From an uncultured virus (IMG/VR IMGVR_UViG_3300043673_000060) (taxonomy: Duplodnaviria > Heunggongvirae > Uroviricota > Caudoviricetes), in IMG/VR virus record IMGVR_UViG_3300043673_000060: a DNA stretch of 59,088 nt; one strand, written 5' to 3'. Below the pieces are notes generated by a model. The model did not search any database and was not told where the DNA came from. It worked only from the letters and a program-made list of their open reading frames with translations. The position numbers and the translations under genes are program-made. The first letter of the stretch is position 1; each line of letters starts with the position of its first letter. This document shows, one piece after another, positions 27,323-37,698 of this stretch.

Positions 27323-28998
27323 GATGTCGCCATCCTCGTTCGTGCCGAGTGCGCCGTACGCCCAGACGGCACCCGCGTCTTGGCTTGCGAGGCGCGCTTC
27401 GTCCCGCCACCCTTGCCGCTGTAGCGCCTGTACGCCATGTACGCGACGGCCATGGCGCCGATCGCAGCTGCGCCGACGATGATCTCCGTCGCGTAGCTCG
27501 TGGGAGCCGTGGCAGGCGCTGGGGCCGGCGTGATGGGCGCTGGCGGCGTGACGTTTCCGCCGCCACCCCCGCCGCCACCCGGGGGAGGCGCTGGCGGAGC
27601 CGGCGCGGCTGGCTGGTTGGCCGGCAGGGCGCTGTCCTTGATGAAGTCCGCGTATGCGTTGCCGGCGGCGGTGCGGGCGTCCAGGAACGCACCGGCGTTG
27701 GGCGTTCGGTCGCCGTTCTTGCAATCGCTCACGATCTTCGTGACGACGCCGTCCTGGGTGCCGACGTCGGACGCCGACGGGGCACTCGTGAGGGACTGCT
27801 CGGCCACGACCGCGGTGTCGGCGGCATTCTGGCACTGCAAAATCGCGTCGGTGAAGTCGTTGAGGAACGACGTATGCGCCGCGGACATCGCGTCGGCGGC
27901 GTTCAGGTAGCCCTTGATCGTGGCCGCCGAGGCAGCGATCTGCGCTGGGGTAGCTCCCATGCCGGCATGCGCCCCCACACCCATCTGCGCGGGCATGAAG
28001 TTGCGTCCGCACGAGCTAGTGCTGGTGCAGTGCTGGCCGCGGTTGTCGCAATGGAAGGTGATGACGCACTGCGGATGCAGTGGGTCGGGTACCGACGTGT
28101 CTCCGCCCAGGCCCGCCACAACATGGGGCCGTCCGCAGCCCGTGCACGGCGAGCCGTTGAGCTGCGCGGCCTTCGCTGCGCATGCCGCGCAACCGGCGTA
28201 CATGTTGTCGGTCTCTGTCTGGGGACCCGACACGGCCTGTCCGCCGCCGCAGCTGCCGCCGCTGGCCGCGCACGACCCGCAGCACGCGCCGACGCCATGC
28301 GCGTGACCCGTTCCCGTACCCGCGGACGGCCCGGGACCGATCCCGTCGAGCTGGCCGTCGACGACGGAGATGTTCTGCCCCGTGTGCGTGTCGATGACCG
28401 TCGCAAACGTCGTCCTGATGCACTCACCCGAGAACGGGTCCCACGAGAAACCCTCGGGACAACTGCTCGCGCTACCCGTGCCGCCCACGCCCGACGGCAC
28501 ATCGTACCGGTAGGTCTGCACCTGCCCAGGCGAGCCCGGCGGCGGCCGGAACATGCCGTACCACGTGCCCTCGACGCACACCTGCTGCCATGCGGATCCC
28601 GCGGGGAACGTTCCGCCGGGGGCGATCTCGGGCTGGCCCGGTAGAAGCTGCAGGATGCCCACGGGGAGGTTCGGGGCGGGCAGCCAGCGTCCGCCCACGG
28701 GCGAGAGCGTACCGAGCGCGCCTGCGCCGTCTAGGGCGCCCGCAGCGCCAATCTCGTCGACTCCTCGGGGGCCGAGCGTCGTCGTGTGGGGCGGACGGCC
28801 TACGCCGTCGCGCACCATGTCGAGCAGGTCCCCGACGCCCTTCGCCGTCCCCGCGGAGAGCACGGTCGGGTGCACAGACATCGAATCAATGGACCCGAGG
28901 CCGGTTTCGCTGCCGCGCTGCGTATTTTCCGCTGCGCGTCGAGCTGCGCGACGCTCGTACATGCGCGCCGCGTCGTAGTCGTATCCGTGACCGCTCAT
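27319..28998 (-). CDS. Gly/Cys-rich protein with C-terminal TM anchor (putative virion membrane protein)
   Basis: Multiple G[VL]G motifs, Cys clusters, TM segment IIVGAAAIGAMAVAYMAY, basic tail. Confidence 0.65.
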   Translation of the reverse strand: MSGHGYDYDAARMYERRAARRAAENTQRGSETGLGSIDSMSVHPTVLSAGTAKGVGDLLDMVRDGVGRPPHTTTLGPRGVDEIGAAGALDGAGALGTLSPVGGRWLPAPNLPVGILQLLPGQPEIAPGGTFPAGSAWQQVCVEGTWYGMFRPPPGSPGQVQTYRYDVPSGVGGTGSASSCPEGFSWDPFSGECIRTTFATVIDTHTGQNISVVDGQLDGIGPGPSAGTGTGHAHGVGACCGSCAASGGSCGGGQAVSGPQTETDNMYAGCAACAAKAAQLNGSPCTGCGRPHVVAGLGGDTSVPDPLHPQCVITFHCDNRGQHCTSTSSCGRNFMPAQMGVGAHAGMGATPAQIAASAATIKGYLNAADAMSAAHTSFLNDFTDAILQCQNAADTAVVAEQSLTSAPSASDVGTQDGVVTKIVSDCKNGDRTPNAGAFLDARTAAGNAYADFIKDSALPANQPAAPAPPAPPPGGGGGGGGNVTPPAPITPAPAPATAPTSYATEIIVGAAAIGAMAVAYMAYRRYSGKGGGTKRASQAKTRVPSGRTAHSARTRMATS

Positions 28999-29414
28999 CG
29001 CGAGCCCCCTCCCTTGCTGGCGCCCTTCGCAAGCCATCCGACAACCCCGCCGACGAGCGCCGAGACGCCGGCCACGCCGACCGCAGCCGGACCGCTCACC
29101 CAGACTTTGCTGCCTGGCGGCGGCGACGGCTGCATCTGCAGCGAGCGAAGGTCTGCGCCGAGCGCGCCCATGGCGTTGAGGGCGGCGGAGTACTGGCCCG
29201 CCGTGGGGTTTCCGCCCGCCGACACGACCGCGAAGTACGCGTTGACGATGGCCAGCTGCGCCACGGCGTCGCTCACCGGGTCGAGTGTGGGACCGACGCC
29301 TTCCAGGCCTGCACCGAAGCCTGCCGGGCCCGTGGCGACGTCGTAGACGGCCCTGGCCGTGTGCTCCGTGCGCGGCGGAATGCGCGGAAAGAGAAGCTTG
29401 CCCAGATCGGCCAT
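28995..29414 (-). CDS. Membrane-anchored hypothetical protein
   Basis: C-terminal hydrophobic helix; translationally coupled to the next gene. Confidence 0.6.
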   Translation of the reverse strand: MADLGKLLFPRIPPRTEHTARAVYDVATGPAGFGAGLEGVGPTLDPVSDAVAQLAIVNAYFAVVSAGGNPTAGQYSAALNAMGALGADLRSLQMQPSPPPGSKVWVSGPAAVGVAGVSALVGGVVGWLAKGASKGGGSR

Positions 29415-29417
29415 GGC

Positions 29418-30260
29418 CTACGCCTCCTCAACGATGAGCGAGCCGCCGACGCGCCAGTAGATCGCGTTGGCGAAGTTGGTCAGGAAGGCCTCTTCGGTGG
29501 AGATCCCACCCGGAGCGAACGACGGAATGGCGAGCACGTTGCGCGTGGACGGGTTGGTCTGCCGCACGCTCGCGAAAAACGCGACGGTGGCGGGCCCCTC
29601 CACGGGGATGTCGAGCGCATCCCACGCGCGAGAGTCTCGCCACGGGATGCGCAGGTCGTAGAACGTGCCCTGCGCGGCGTTGATCGCCGATCCGTACGGC
29701 TTGCCGTTGTTCGGAGGGACGTACGAGGCGATGTTCGTGTAGATGTTGCCCGGCGCGACGCCCGATCCGGGGCCGTACAAGAGCGCGGGCGAGTCGGCCC
29801 AGTATCGCTTGTAGCTCACGACGTCACGCGCGACGTCCGTGTACGGCGCCGTCACGCCCCTGGGCACGTCCGACGCGTTCGGGTTGCCCATCACGTGCAG
29901 GTGCCAGCTGACGTTGCCGTCGTTGAAACGCCAGAACGGGTCTACGACCTCTTGCTCGATGACGTAGATGGGGTTCGGATTGGGCCCCTCTCGCGGTGTC
30001 TGCTGCGTGGCCCCAATCGTGAGCAGTTGACGGTAGCCGCGGATGCGCACGCACGCGCCTTCGCCGACCGTGAAGCTCGCGAGGTTGAAGAGGTAGCGCA
30101 ACTGCGCGCCGCCGCCGAGGATGGTTGGCGTCGGGAGCGTCGGGATGCGCAGGCCGACGGAGTTGGATCCGCCGAACGGATCGCCGCCGACCAGCGACAG
30201 GTATTCGTCAAACCCGCTGCTGGCGATCTCGAATCGGCGCTTGCGCTCCAGGGTGCTCAT
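29418..30260 (-). CDS. Putative structural protein (beta-rich)
   Basis: 280 aa; in the operon with the candidate capsid gene. Confidence 0.55.
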   Translation of the reverse strand: MSTLERKRRFEIASSGFDEYLSLVGGDPFGGSNSVGLRIPTLPTPTILGGGAQLRYLFNLASFTVGEGACVRIRGYRQLLTIGATQQTPREGPNPNPIYVIEQEVVDPFWRFNDGNVSWHLHVMGNPNASDVPRGVTAPYTDVARDVVSYKRYWADSPALLYGPGSGVAPGNIYTNIASYVPPNNGKPYGSAINAAQGTFYDLRIPWRDSRAWDALDIPVEGPATVAFFASVRQTNPSTRNVLAIPSFAPGGISTEEAFLTNFANAIYWRVGGSLIVEEA

Positions 30261-30287
30261 GTGGCGGCGACGCTTTGCGCCGATCCG

Positions 30288-31043
30288 TCAGCGGCAGCAC
30301 CGGGCCGCGTACGCATCGGAGATGTTGAAGCCCAGCTCGCGCAGCCGCACGAAGGCTTCGCGGTTGGTCATCTGCACCAGCTCGTCCCACACGGGAACGA
30401 GAGCGCGGAAGGTCACGACGACCTCCATCGGAGCATAGGGCAGCGTCACCTTCGCGTTGAAGCTCATCTTGAGCTGCTGCTGGTAGGTCAGAATCCAGCC
30501 AGCGCCCGGCTTGCTCGACCCGTTGAACGCGTCGCATAGGTTCACCAGGGGCATGAACTTCGCTGTAACGCCGTACCGGGGCGCACCCGTGACGTCGAGC
30601 GTGGCTTCGATGCTCGACTGGAAGTTGTAGTACCAGTCGCTTTGGACCTGGAAAACGTTCTGGTTGGCCGTCGTCGACTGGTTGGAGATTCGAAAGAGCA
30701 TCGTCTCGATCAGCGTGTCCTGCGTGATCTTCACGTCGCTGCCGACCTCGGGGATGTTCGAGGTGGCCGTGTCCGGGAAGGTCGCGCGCACGTTGATCAT
30801 GTACGGAGCGAGCGGCAGACCCATGGCCTTGGCCAGAGCCAAACGAGGGCTACCGTTGGCGAGCATCGTGTAGACGCTCGCCGACAGCGCGCCCATGTCG
30901 CCGTCGCCGCACCCGAGGCCGGGCAGGCCCGCGAGCGAGCCCAGGCCGGCGGCGCTCTGCTTCTCTGCAGAGCGACCGTCGACAACCCTGTCGAGCAGCT
31001 CGTGGAACTGCTCGTTGGACAGGTTGATGCTGGGCTCGGTCAT
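30288..31043 (-). CDS. Putative structural (minor capsid-like) protein
   Basis: 251 aa, beta-strand-rich, N-terminal GLG motifs. Confidence 0.55.
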   Translation of the reverse strand: MTEPSINLSNEQFHELLDRVVDGRSAEKQSAAGLGSLAGLPGLGCGDGDMGALSASVYTMLANGSPRLALAKAMGLPLAPYMINVRATFPDTATSNIPEVGSDVKITQDTLIETMLFRISNQSTTANQNVFQVQSDWYYNFQSSIEATLDVTGAPRYGVTAKFMPLVNLCDAFNGSSKPGAGWILTYQQQLKMSFNAKVTLPYAPMEVVVTFRALVPVWDELVQMTNREAFVRLRELGFNISDAYAARCCR

Positions 31044-31141
31044 CGGTGATCTCGCGCGCTGGTGAGGTTCTTCATGTGGCCCGAACGGAGTGCGAGCGCG
31101 CTCAGACAGCTTTTCGCTGCCCGCCGCGCGCCCGCCGCCGA

Positions 31142-32560
31142 CTACGGGCCCTGCTGAGCGACGCGCACGCCGCAGTCTTCCATGATGTAGGCGCGCAGGT
31201 CGGGGTTCGCGGCGAGGACGGTGTACCAGTCCTCGGTGACCTCGAAGCCCTTGACGCCGAGCGTCGTCTTGAACGTGCCGCTCTTGAAGACGGCGCGCCC
31301 CGTGGGCAGCTGCTGCGCGACCAGGCCGGAGCCGTCGAGCTGCAGCTCGGCCGCGACGGGCAGAACGCCGGTGCCGTCGAGCGATCCGCCGAAAATCGAC
31401 TGCGAGTCGGCCACGGCCTGCGGGAAGACGCTGTTGCCGAACGTGTTGCCGTACTGGCTGAGGGCCAGGTACGCCTGCATCGTGGCGATCTGGTTGGGGT
31501 CGTTCTCATGCATCTTCAAGCCGATGGGCACGCCCGCCTTGATCAGGTAGGGGATGCCGAGCTTGCGGAACTCGCTGTTGCCCTTGAGCAGCGAGTGGAA
31601 GTCGATGCCGCCGTAGGTGGCGCCGACCACGGTGTCGTCGTTGCTCGGGCGGAAGACGCCGATGGCCTTGTTGGTCGTGAGGGCCGACGCGTTCTGCGCC
31701 GATCCGATGCGGATGCGGTTGGTCTTCAGGAACTGGAACGGCGACCCCTGCTGGTTGTAGTGGTAGTTCGAGCGCGCGACGGCGTTGATGATGTCGACTT
31801 CGCTCGACGAGCCGGTGCCCTTCTGCGCGTTGTCGGGCATGTACGCCGAGTAGCGCAGGACCTCGTCCATGATGTTGGTGTGCTGGCCGATCTGCCAGCG
31901 CAGGTTGTAGCCGCGCACCATGTGCCAGGCCGCGTAGTTGCTCCACCAGCCGTTTTCGAGAACGGCCGGCAGGTACGCCGAGGCGCCGGTCGCGATGCCC
32001 GCCGCGCCACCGAGGGCGCCGTTGAGGAGATCGAGCTGCGTGTAGACGTCCGGCGAGATGGGCACGACGGTCGTCGTGCCGGGCGGGGGCTCCCACGCGT
32101 TGCCGAAGGCCGTCCAGCACATCGGCTCCGTCTCGACGTGCATGAAGATCGCGCAGGCGATCATGTACGTGTTCAGCTCGCCCAGCTGCGCCATGGTCGA
32201 CTCGACGTAGTCGACGCCCTGCGCGTCCTTGCCCACGTTGAACGGGTCGAATTCCGGCCCGAAGATCTTGTTGACGGCCTGATCGCCCAGCGGGCCGTCC
32301 CAGCCGAGGCGGACCGACTCGACGGTCTGCATGTTGAAGATCGGGCAGTTGACCGAATCCTTGACCCAGTCGGCCCACGCACCCACGCCGGCCTTGCCAA
32401 GACCCTCGAAGTCGGCGCCGGCAGCGCGGATCTTGTGCAGGTCCGGCGCCATGCCGAAGCCGATCGCGTCGTTGCGGTTGCGGATTTCGTCCGGCTTGAT
32501 GTGGCGGAACTTGGTCTTCGCGGTGGCCTGACGGGGCTGGATCTTGGAAAGGTTGCTCAT
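31142..32560 (-). CDS. Candidate major capsid protein (fold unassigned)
   Basis: 472 aa; strongly C/G-ending codons suggest high expression; central in the structural operon. The CDS is secure; the function is inferred. Confidence 0.5.
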   Translation of the reverse strand: MSNLSKIQPRQATAKTKFRHIKPDEIRNRNDAIGFGMAPDLHKIRAAGADFEGLGKAGVGAWADWVKDSVNCPIFNMQTVESVRLGWDGPLGDQAVNKIFGPEFDPFNVGKDAQGVDYVESTMAQLGELNTYMIACAIFMHVETEPMCWTAFGNAWEPPPGTTTVVPISPDVYTQLDLLNGALGGAAGIATGASAYLPAVLENGWWSNYAAWHMVRGYNLRWQIGQHTNIMDEVLRYSAYMPDNAQKGTGSSSEVDIINAVARSNYHYNQQGSPFQFLKTNRIRIGSAQNASALTTNKAIGVFRPSNDDTVVGATYGGIDFHSLLKGNSEFRKLGIPYLIKAGVPIGLKMHENDPNQIATMQAYLALSQYGNTFGNSVFPQAVADSQSIFGGSLDGTGVLPVAAELQLDGSGLVAQQLPTGRAVFKSGTFKTTLGVKGFEVTEDWYTVLAANPDLRAYIMEDCGVRVAQQGP

Positions 32561-32730
32561 GGGATTTTCTCTCGTGTCAAAAGCTCACGCGGCCCCCAAG
32601 GGCGCCCGCACGAGCGGTTGGCCGTTCGAAAAAACCCGATCTGCCTTACGTAAGAAACCTGGAAACTCGAACGTTGCGCTGGCAACGTTGGGGGCCCTTG
32701 CGGACCCCCGCGTATCGACTCGACGTGGAC

Positions 32731-34290
32731 TCAGTCCTGCTGGGTATCCTCGGCGCAGCCCCAGGCGCGCGGCACGCTGGCGAACCGCCGACGGGGGAGA
32801 CCGGCAAACGTGCCAGGAGCTGGCTGTCCGCCGCCACGGCTGAAGACCTGGCTGGCGTGAGGGATGCTGATCGGGGCGCCGGTGACCGTACGTCCGGGCG
32901 GAACCGGGGACGGGAGCGGAACCGGGTAGGCCTGGTTCGGCAGCGGTGGCGCCGTGAACGCCGGTGGCGGCAGCGCGGGCGGGGGCGGGGGCGGGATCGG
33001 GATCGGGATCGGAGCCGGGGGCTGCGGCTGGACGATGGGAGCCGGCGGAGTGGGCGACGTCGAAGACGACGTCGCAGGTGCGCCGGTCTGCGGTAGGGCC
33101 GTGGAGCCAGAGCTGCCCCTGAAGCGGCAGCATGCGCCGACGCCCGTGGTGCAGTTCACGCAGCCGCACCCGGCCGCGCCGAGACCACTGCGGTCCTGCG
33201 AGACGTCGATGCCGGAGTACGGCAGGGACGGGTATTTCGAGACGTCGCCACCCGCGTACTCGGTCCTCTTCATCATCGAGCGCAGCTCGGCGTCGTACAG
33301 ACGCTGAGCGTAGCTCGTGTTGCGGAACAGGTAGGCGAACAGCTCGGTGGCAGCCTTGCCCAGGATTCGCACACCGGCACCGAAGCCGAAGAACTGCAGC
33401 GAACTGCGGCCGACGGGCGACTCGATGAAGGCGGCGATGCCAAACGGGATGCCGGCGATGCCGATGCCGGCTGCCCAGCGCTTCCAGTCCATCGGCGCGA
33501 GCACCGCGGTGCCGTTGTACAGGCCCATGTAGTCGCCCGTGGCGGGCGGCATGTCCACGTACGCCCCGGCCGTGCCGGTCAGCGCGTGCGTGGCCAGGAC
33601 GCGATCGAGCGCGTCGGCAGCGACGAACCCGAGCATGCCCGTGAAGGCCCCGACGCCCAGCTCGGCCGGCGTCAGCGGATTCTCCATCGCGTAGCCACGG
33701 CCGCTGCGACGTGTGATGCTGCGGCCACGGCCGCTGCGACGAGCGCCCGAACGACGCGAGGAGCCGCTCTTGCGGCTCTTGCGGCTCTTGCGACGCTTGC
33801 GGGGCGTCTCGGCGCTCATGTGGCGGCGAACGCGGACGCGCTTGCTGCCGCGCTTGGCGTAGTGGCCGCGCACGGAGTGCTTGCGCGAGGACCGGCTGCT
33901 GCGACGCTTGCGCGGAGCCTCGCTGGCGCCCGCACGGCGACGGCGGCGCGCGGCGACGGCGCTCTTCTTCATCGAGAGCTTGCGGCGACCGCCCGAGCGG
34001 CGCTTGCGCGGAGTCTCAGCGGCCTCGCTGGCACGACGAGCCCGGCGCTTCGGCTTCTCGTCGCTCATGTGGGACTTGACCCGGTAGCCGCGCACCCGGT
34101 GAGACTTCACCGTGTGCGACTTGACCTTGTGGCGCCGACGGGCCTTGCGCGGGGCGGCCGACTTGCGGCTGGCGCGACGCGCGGCCTTGCGGACCGTCTT
34201 GGTCTTCCTGCTGCCGCCCTTCGCCTTGCGGGCGCGAGCACTGGCACGCGTTGCTTTTCGCTGGGCTTTCTTTTGCGCCTTCGTGGGCAT
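32731..34290 (-). CDS. Highly basic (K/R/S-rich, histone-H1/protamine-like) protein with membrane segments and a Pro-rich tail; putative genome-condensing core protein
   Basis: About 200 N-terminal residues dominated by R/K/S, then hydrophobic helices and poly-Pro; AAGGA RBS before the ATG at 34290. Confidence 0.7.
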   Translation of the reverse strand: MPTKAQKKAQRKATRASARARKAKGGSRKTKTVRKAARRASRKSAAPRKARRRHKVKSHTVKSHRVRGYRVKSHMSDEKPKRRARRASEAAETPRKRRSGGRRKLSMKKSAVAARRRRRAGASEAPRKRRSSRSSRKHSVRGHYAKRGSKRVRVRRHMSAETPRKRRKSRKSRKSGSSRRSGARRSGRGRSITRRSGRGYAMENPLTPAELGVGAFTGMLGFVAADALDRVLATHALTGTAGAYVDMPPATGDYMGLYNGTAVLAPMDWKRWAAGIGIAGIPFGIAAFIESPVGRSSLQFFGFGAGVRILGKAATELFAYLFRNTSYAQRLYDAELRSMMKRTEYAGGDVSKYPSLPYSGIDVSQDRSGLGAAGCGCVNCTTGVGACCRFRGSSGSTALPQTGAPATSSSTSPTPPAPIVQPQPPAPIPIPIPPPPPPALPPPAFTAPPLPNQAYPVPLPSPVPPGRTVTGAPISIPHASQVFSRGGGQPAPGTFAGLPRRRFASVPRAWGCAEDTQQD

Positions 34291-34315
34291 CTTCTGGTCC
34301 TTCTTGCGTCGAGAT

Positions 34316-34343
34316 GTCTCCCCCGCTTGCCTGGTGGAGCTTC
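34316..34343 (-). CRISPR. Degenerate solitary CRISPR repeat in the 5' UTR of the basic-protein/capsid operon
   Basis: GTCTCCCCCGCTTGCCTGGTGGAGCTTC matches the repeat at 26/28 nt and ends 25 nt before the ATG at 34290. Confidence 0.8.
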
Positions 34344-34925
34344 CGCCGTGGGACCCTGTTCGTATCCGTGACCGCCGCGCTTGACGGTGATTCTCACCTC
34401 GTCCGGGCCGAGCCGTCAAGCCTTTCGAGCGTTTTTTTTGCGAGGCAGCTCGCAGACCGCGCTTTCGTGCACGGTGCAGAACGGGCGTGGCGGCGTGCTC
34501 GGGCGCGTTTTCGCGGTTCCGGGCCAAAATATCGGTGTAGCTGACTCCCACGGAGCGGATTGTCGCGCAGGGAGCTGTCTCGCACAAGCGGATCCTCATC
34601 GCGCTCACGCAGTGCGCGGGCCACGGGCCACCTTAGACGGCGCGAAGTGCGCGCTCGAATCGCGCCATCAGGAGCACGACCGAGCCGCGCATCGTGCCGT
34701 CCCCATCATCGACGACCATCAGTTCGCGCCCGACGGCACTCAGTAGGCGCGCGGCGTTGAAGGTGTGGACGACGCAGGCCGTATTCTCCAGGCCCATCCG
34801 GGTCAGGCGTCGATTCGCCCACGCTACCGCGTCCAGCATCTCGTTCGTTGCGAGTTGGCTATCCATAATCTGACGACGCGCGAGAGCGCCAGCTCTGACA
34901 GCGGCACCAACGAAAGCGCCACGGC

Positions 34926-35411
34926 CTACGGCCAGACCAAACCCCTATCGTCGATCATCGCCTTCGAGCACGGCTGCAGGTCGAGCCTGTACGTGCGGTT
35001 GCGGCGATACAAAAACGCCTCCCCTTTGCCCTTGAACAGGAAGACGATGCGGTACAAACCGTGCGGCTTGTTGATGTCGTGGTGGTACCCGCCCGGAGCT
35101 TTTGTGCCGACGCGGAAATACAGCACCCGCTTGACGTCCCCCACGAACTTCCAGTCACCGATCGCCTTGGGCGGCAGCGAAATCATGCTCACGGACGCGT
35201 CGTAATCACGACCGAAATAGTTACGCGGTGCACCACTGAACTGTTCGTCCGTCGCGGGCTTCGTGCCGCGCCTGTACGACATCACAAGCAGGCTGCACGC
35301 AGGCCACGATTTCCCGTCCGGATCGTGCATCATGCCCGCGCGGCGCGGCGCGGCGATCTTTCGCCCATCGACGAGGTCGAAGGCGACATCCTCGGCCTTG
35401 TCGATCAGCAT
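34926..35411 (-). CDS. Hypothetical protein
   Basis: 161-aa protein-like ORF. Confidence 0.6.
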   Translation of the reverse strand: MLIDKAEDVAFDLVDGRKIAAPRRAGMMHDPDGKSWPACSLLVMSYRRGTKPATDEQFSGAPRNYFGRDYDASVSMISLPPKAIGDWKFVGDVKRVLYFRVGTKAPGGYHHDINKPHGLYRIVFLFKGKGEAFLYRRNRTYRLDLQPCSKAMIDDRGLVWP

Positions 35412-35420
35412 CGGTGGCCC

Positions 35421-36029
35421 CTACGTCCTCCGCGTCACGGCCCGCGACGTCCCGTCCACCCTGCGCGTAGGCGCCTGCGACCGCTGCCGCGAAGGCGACA
35501 GCGGACGTGCGGTCAATACGCGGCGAGTGGGCACCCGCGACTCCCGCGGAAACGGACGCGGTGGCCCACTTCCGCCGCCGCTTCGTGCGTGCAGACCGAA
35601 GACGATCCCGCCGACGACGGCGAGGCCGCCGAGGGCGAGCCAGATGGGCAGGTTGCTGGGCGTCGGCGGACTGGCCGCTCGGGTGCCGGCGTCCATGGCG
35701 CCGATGTACAGCTGCTGGATCTTGCCCGCGAGCAGCTGCGCGTTGAGCGCGTTGGCCTGGGTCGCATTCGTGGATGGGATCTGCGCGAGCTGCGCGTTGA
35801 GTTGCCACGCCTGCTGCGTGAATTTCTGCGTGGCCTGCGGGTAGCCAGCGGCATCGATCTCGGGACCGATGATCGTGGCGCCCATCTGGCCCGCCTGCTG
35901 GTACGCCGTCGTTGCAGCCGAGTAATTTCCAGCGGTCCACGCCGTGTCGCCGGCCACGATCTGCGCGCCGACGCTGCTGGACAGGTCGTAACGAGCCTGC
36001 GTGTACGGATCGATTGCCTGCTGCGTCAT
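35421..36029 (-). CDS. Helical protein with C-terminal TM anchor
   Basis: Start at MTQQAIDP; TM segment IWLALGGLAVVGGIVFGL. Confidence 0.6.
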   Translation of the reverse strand: MTQQAIDPYTQARYDLSSSVGAQIVAGDTAWTAGNYSAATTAYQQAGQMGATIIGPEIDAAGYPQATQKFTQQAWQLNAQLAQIPSTNATQANALNAQLLAGKIQQLYIGAMDAGTRAASPPTPSNLPIWLALGGLAVVGGIVFGLHARSGGGSGPPRPFPRESRVPTRRVLTARPLSPSRQRSQAPTRRVDGTSRAVTRRT

Positions 36030-37429
36030 CACGCCACCTTCGCGACCGCGGAGCCAACCTGTACGACCTTGTACGTGACGTACGCAGCCGTGACAATGAC
36101 CACGACGCCGCCCACGACCGTCGCAGCGGACTTGACGTTGTCGGCCCACGACGCGGGACCACCTGGACCTCCAGGCGGCGCAGACGGATTGAACGCGGGC
36201 TCCGGCTGGATGTTGTTGCAGGTCTTGGCGAGCGTCTGCTGCCACGTCTGCAGCTGCGCTTCCCACGACATCATCGTGTCGCCGGTGTCCGCGTCGACGA
36301 CGATAGCGTTGCTCGCCATCCACGGCGTCCACACGTTGACGATCGGCGTCTTGCACCACACAGTCAGCGCCGCGAGAAACGTTGCCCACTGCGACTTGAC
36401 CGTCGGATCGAGCGTTGTGCACGTCTGCACGGCGATGTCTGTCTGCTGCGCGCTCTCCAGCGTACGCGCTTGCTCTGCTTCGACGTCGCCGGCCGTGATG
36501 ATGCCCCAGTGCGAAGGCGTCGCGGGTACGACGATGGGCGCTGGGATGGGCGTGGCGGGCGCCGCGGAGACGCCGACAGACCGCTGCGCACACGGAGCCG
36601 CCATCGGCGTGAGCTGATCGTTGATCTGCCTGCGCGCGGGCGCCTGACGAGCCGCTGCGCGGACGATGGCGGCGGCGGGAGGCAAGGCGCCGAAGGTCAC
36701 CAGCTCGGCGTTGCCCGCTCCGACTTTGATCGCGCAGTCCTCGTCCATCGGATCGTAGAACTCTTGCTTGTTTGCGGGGACGCTTTTGCCTACGGGCATC
36801 GACGCGTGGCTTGGATCGGCGAGCAGTTTGCCGCCGTTCTCGTCCTCGACGGCGATCAGGACGTGCTCTTGTGTGCCGGAGCCCCACGATTGCTTGACGA
36901 TCCACACGCGGAAGCCGACGCACATCAGGAGCGCGCCCAGCAACGTCGAAAGACCGTCGCAATCTTCTTTGCGAATACACAGGTTCGGGCGCAGACAGAG
37001 TTGCCCAGCGGGACTCGTGATCACTTCAGCGCCGAGCGCATCCGGCGCGTACATCACGACCACGCGGACGTTGTCGAGGAACGCCTGCGCGACGTTGCGC
37101 GCGGTCCACTGCGATCGATTTCGTCCGTCGATGCCCGCTGCACGCAGCACATCGGCCGCGTAACCAGACACGGCCGCGTCGAGACGAGCCTCGCGCATCA
37201 GGCGCGCCATCTCCGTCAGCGAACGCTTCACGCCAGGGGCGCCGCCAGGGTACTCCTCGTGCTTGTACGCGACTCCAGCAGCGGCCACGCGTGACGCACC
37301 CCAGTTGTCGCCGGAGGCGTCGCCGAGCCCCACGCGCGGGCGCGCCGTCAACCCACGGCGACGCATATAGTAGCTGGCGACGGCGTTGCTCACGCGCTCC
37401 ACGTTACCCCAGCCCACGGCCGGCGTCAC
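36029..37429 (-). CDS. Transglutaminase-like protein with C-terminal TM anchor
   Basis: EDCDG (Cys), EHVL (His) and ADPS (Asp) in transglutaminase-like triad order. Confidence 0.7.
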   Translation of the reverse strand: MTPAVGWGNVERVSNAVASYYMRRRGLTARPRVGLGDASGDNWGASRVAAAGVAYKHEEYPGGAPGVKRSLTEMARLMREARLDAAVSGYAADVLRAAGIDGRNRSQWTARNVAQAFLDNVRVVVMYAPDALGAEVITSPAGQLCLRPNLCIRKEDCDGLSTLLGALLMCVGFRVWIVKQSWGSGTQEHVLIAVEDENGGKLLADPSHASMPVGKSVPANKQEFYDPMDEDCAIKVGAGNAELVTFGALPPAAAIVRAAARQAPARRQINDQLTPMAAPCAQRSVGVSAAPATPIPAPIVVPATPSHWGIITAGDVEAEQARTLESAQQTDIAVQTCTTLDPTVKSQWATFLAALTVWCKTPIVNVWTPWMASNAIVVDADTGDTMMSWEAQLQTWQQTLAKTCNNIQPEPAFNPSAPPGGPGGPASWADNVKSAATVVGGVVVIVTAAYVTYKVVQVGSAVAKVA

Positions 37430-37698
37430 CCGTCAAGCCCCGCGCCGCATCCTCTGCCCCATCGCCCGCTGCGCGCTCGCCAGCGCCGCCGCGCTCCGCA
37501 CGTCCGCGTCCTTCGCGCTCCCGACGAGCTTCGGGCCACCGTCGAACCGCGGAAGCGACGCCCGCATGGCCTCCGGATCGACTTCCCAGCCCGCGAACCG
37601 CAGGAAATTGAGCGGGAACGCCAGAAAACCGACCTTGCCGTCGTCCGTCTGCGTAGGCGTGACGAGCGCGTTCTGGCCGGAGTGCCACGACCAGAGGT

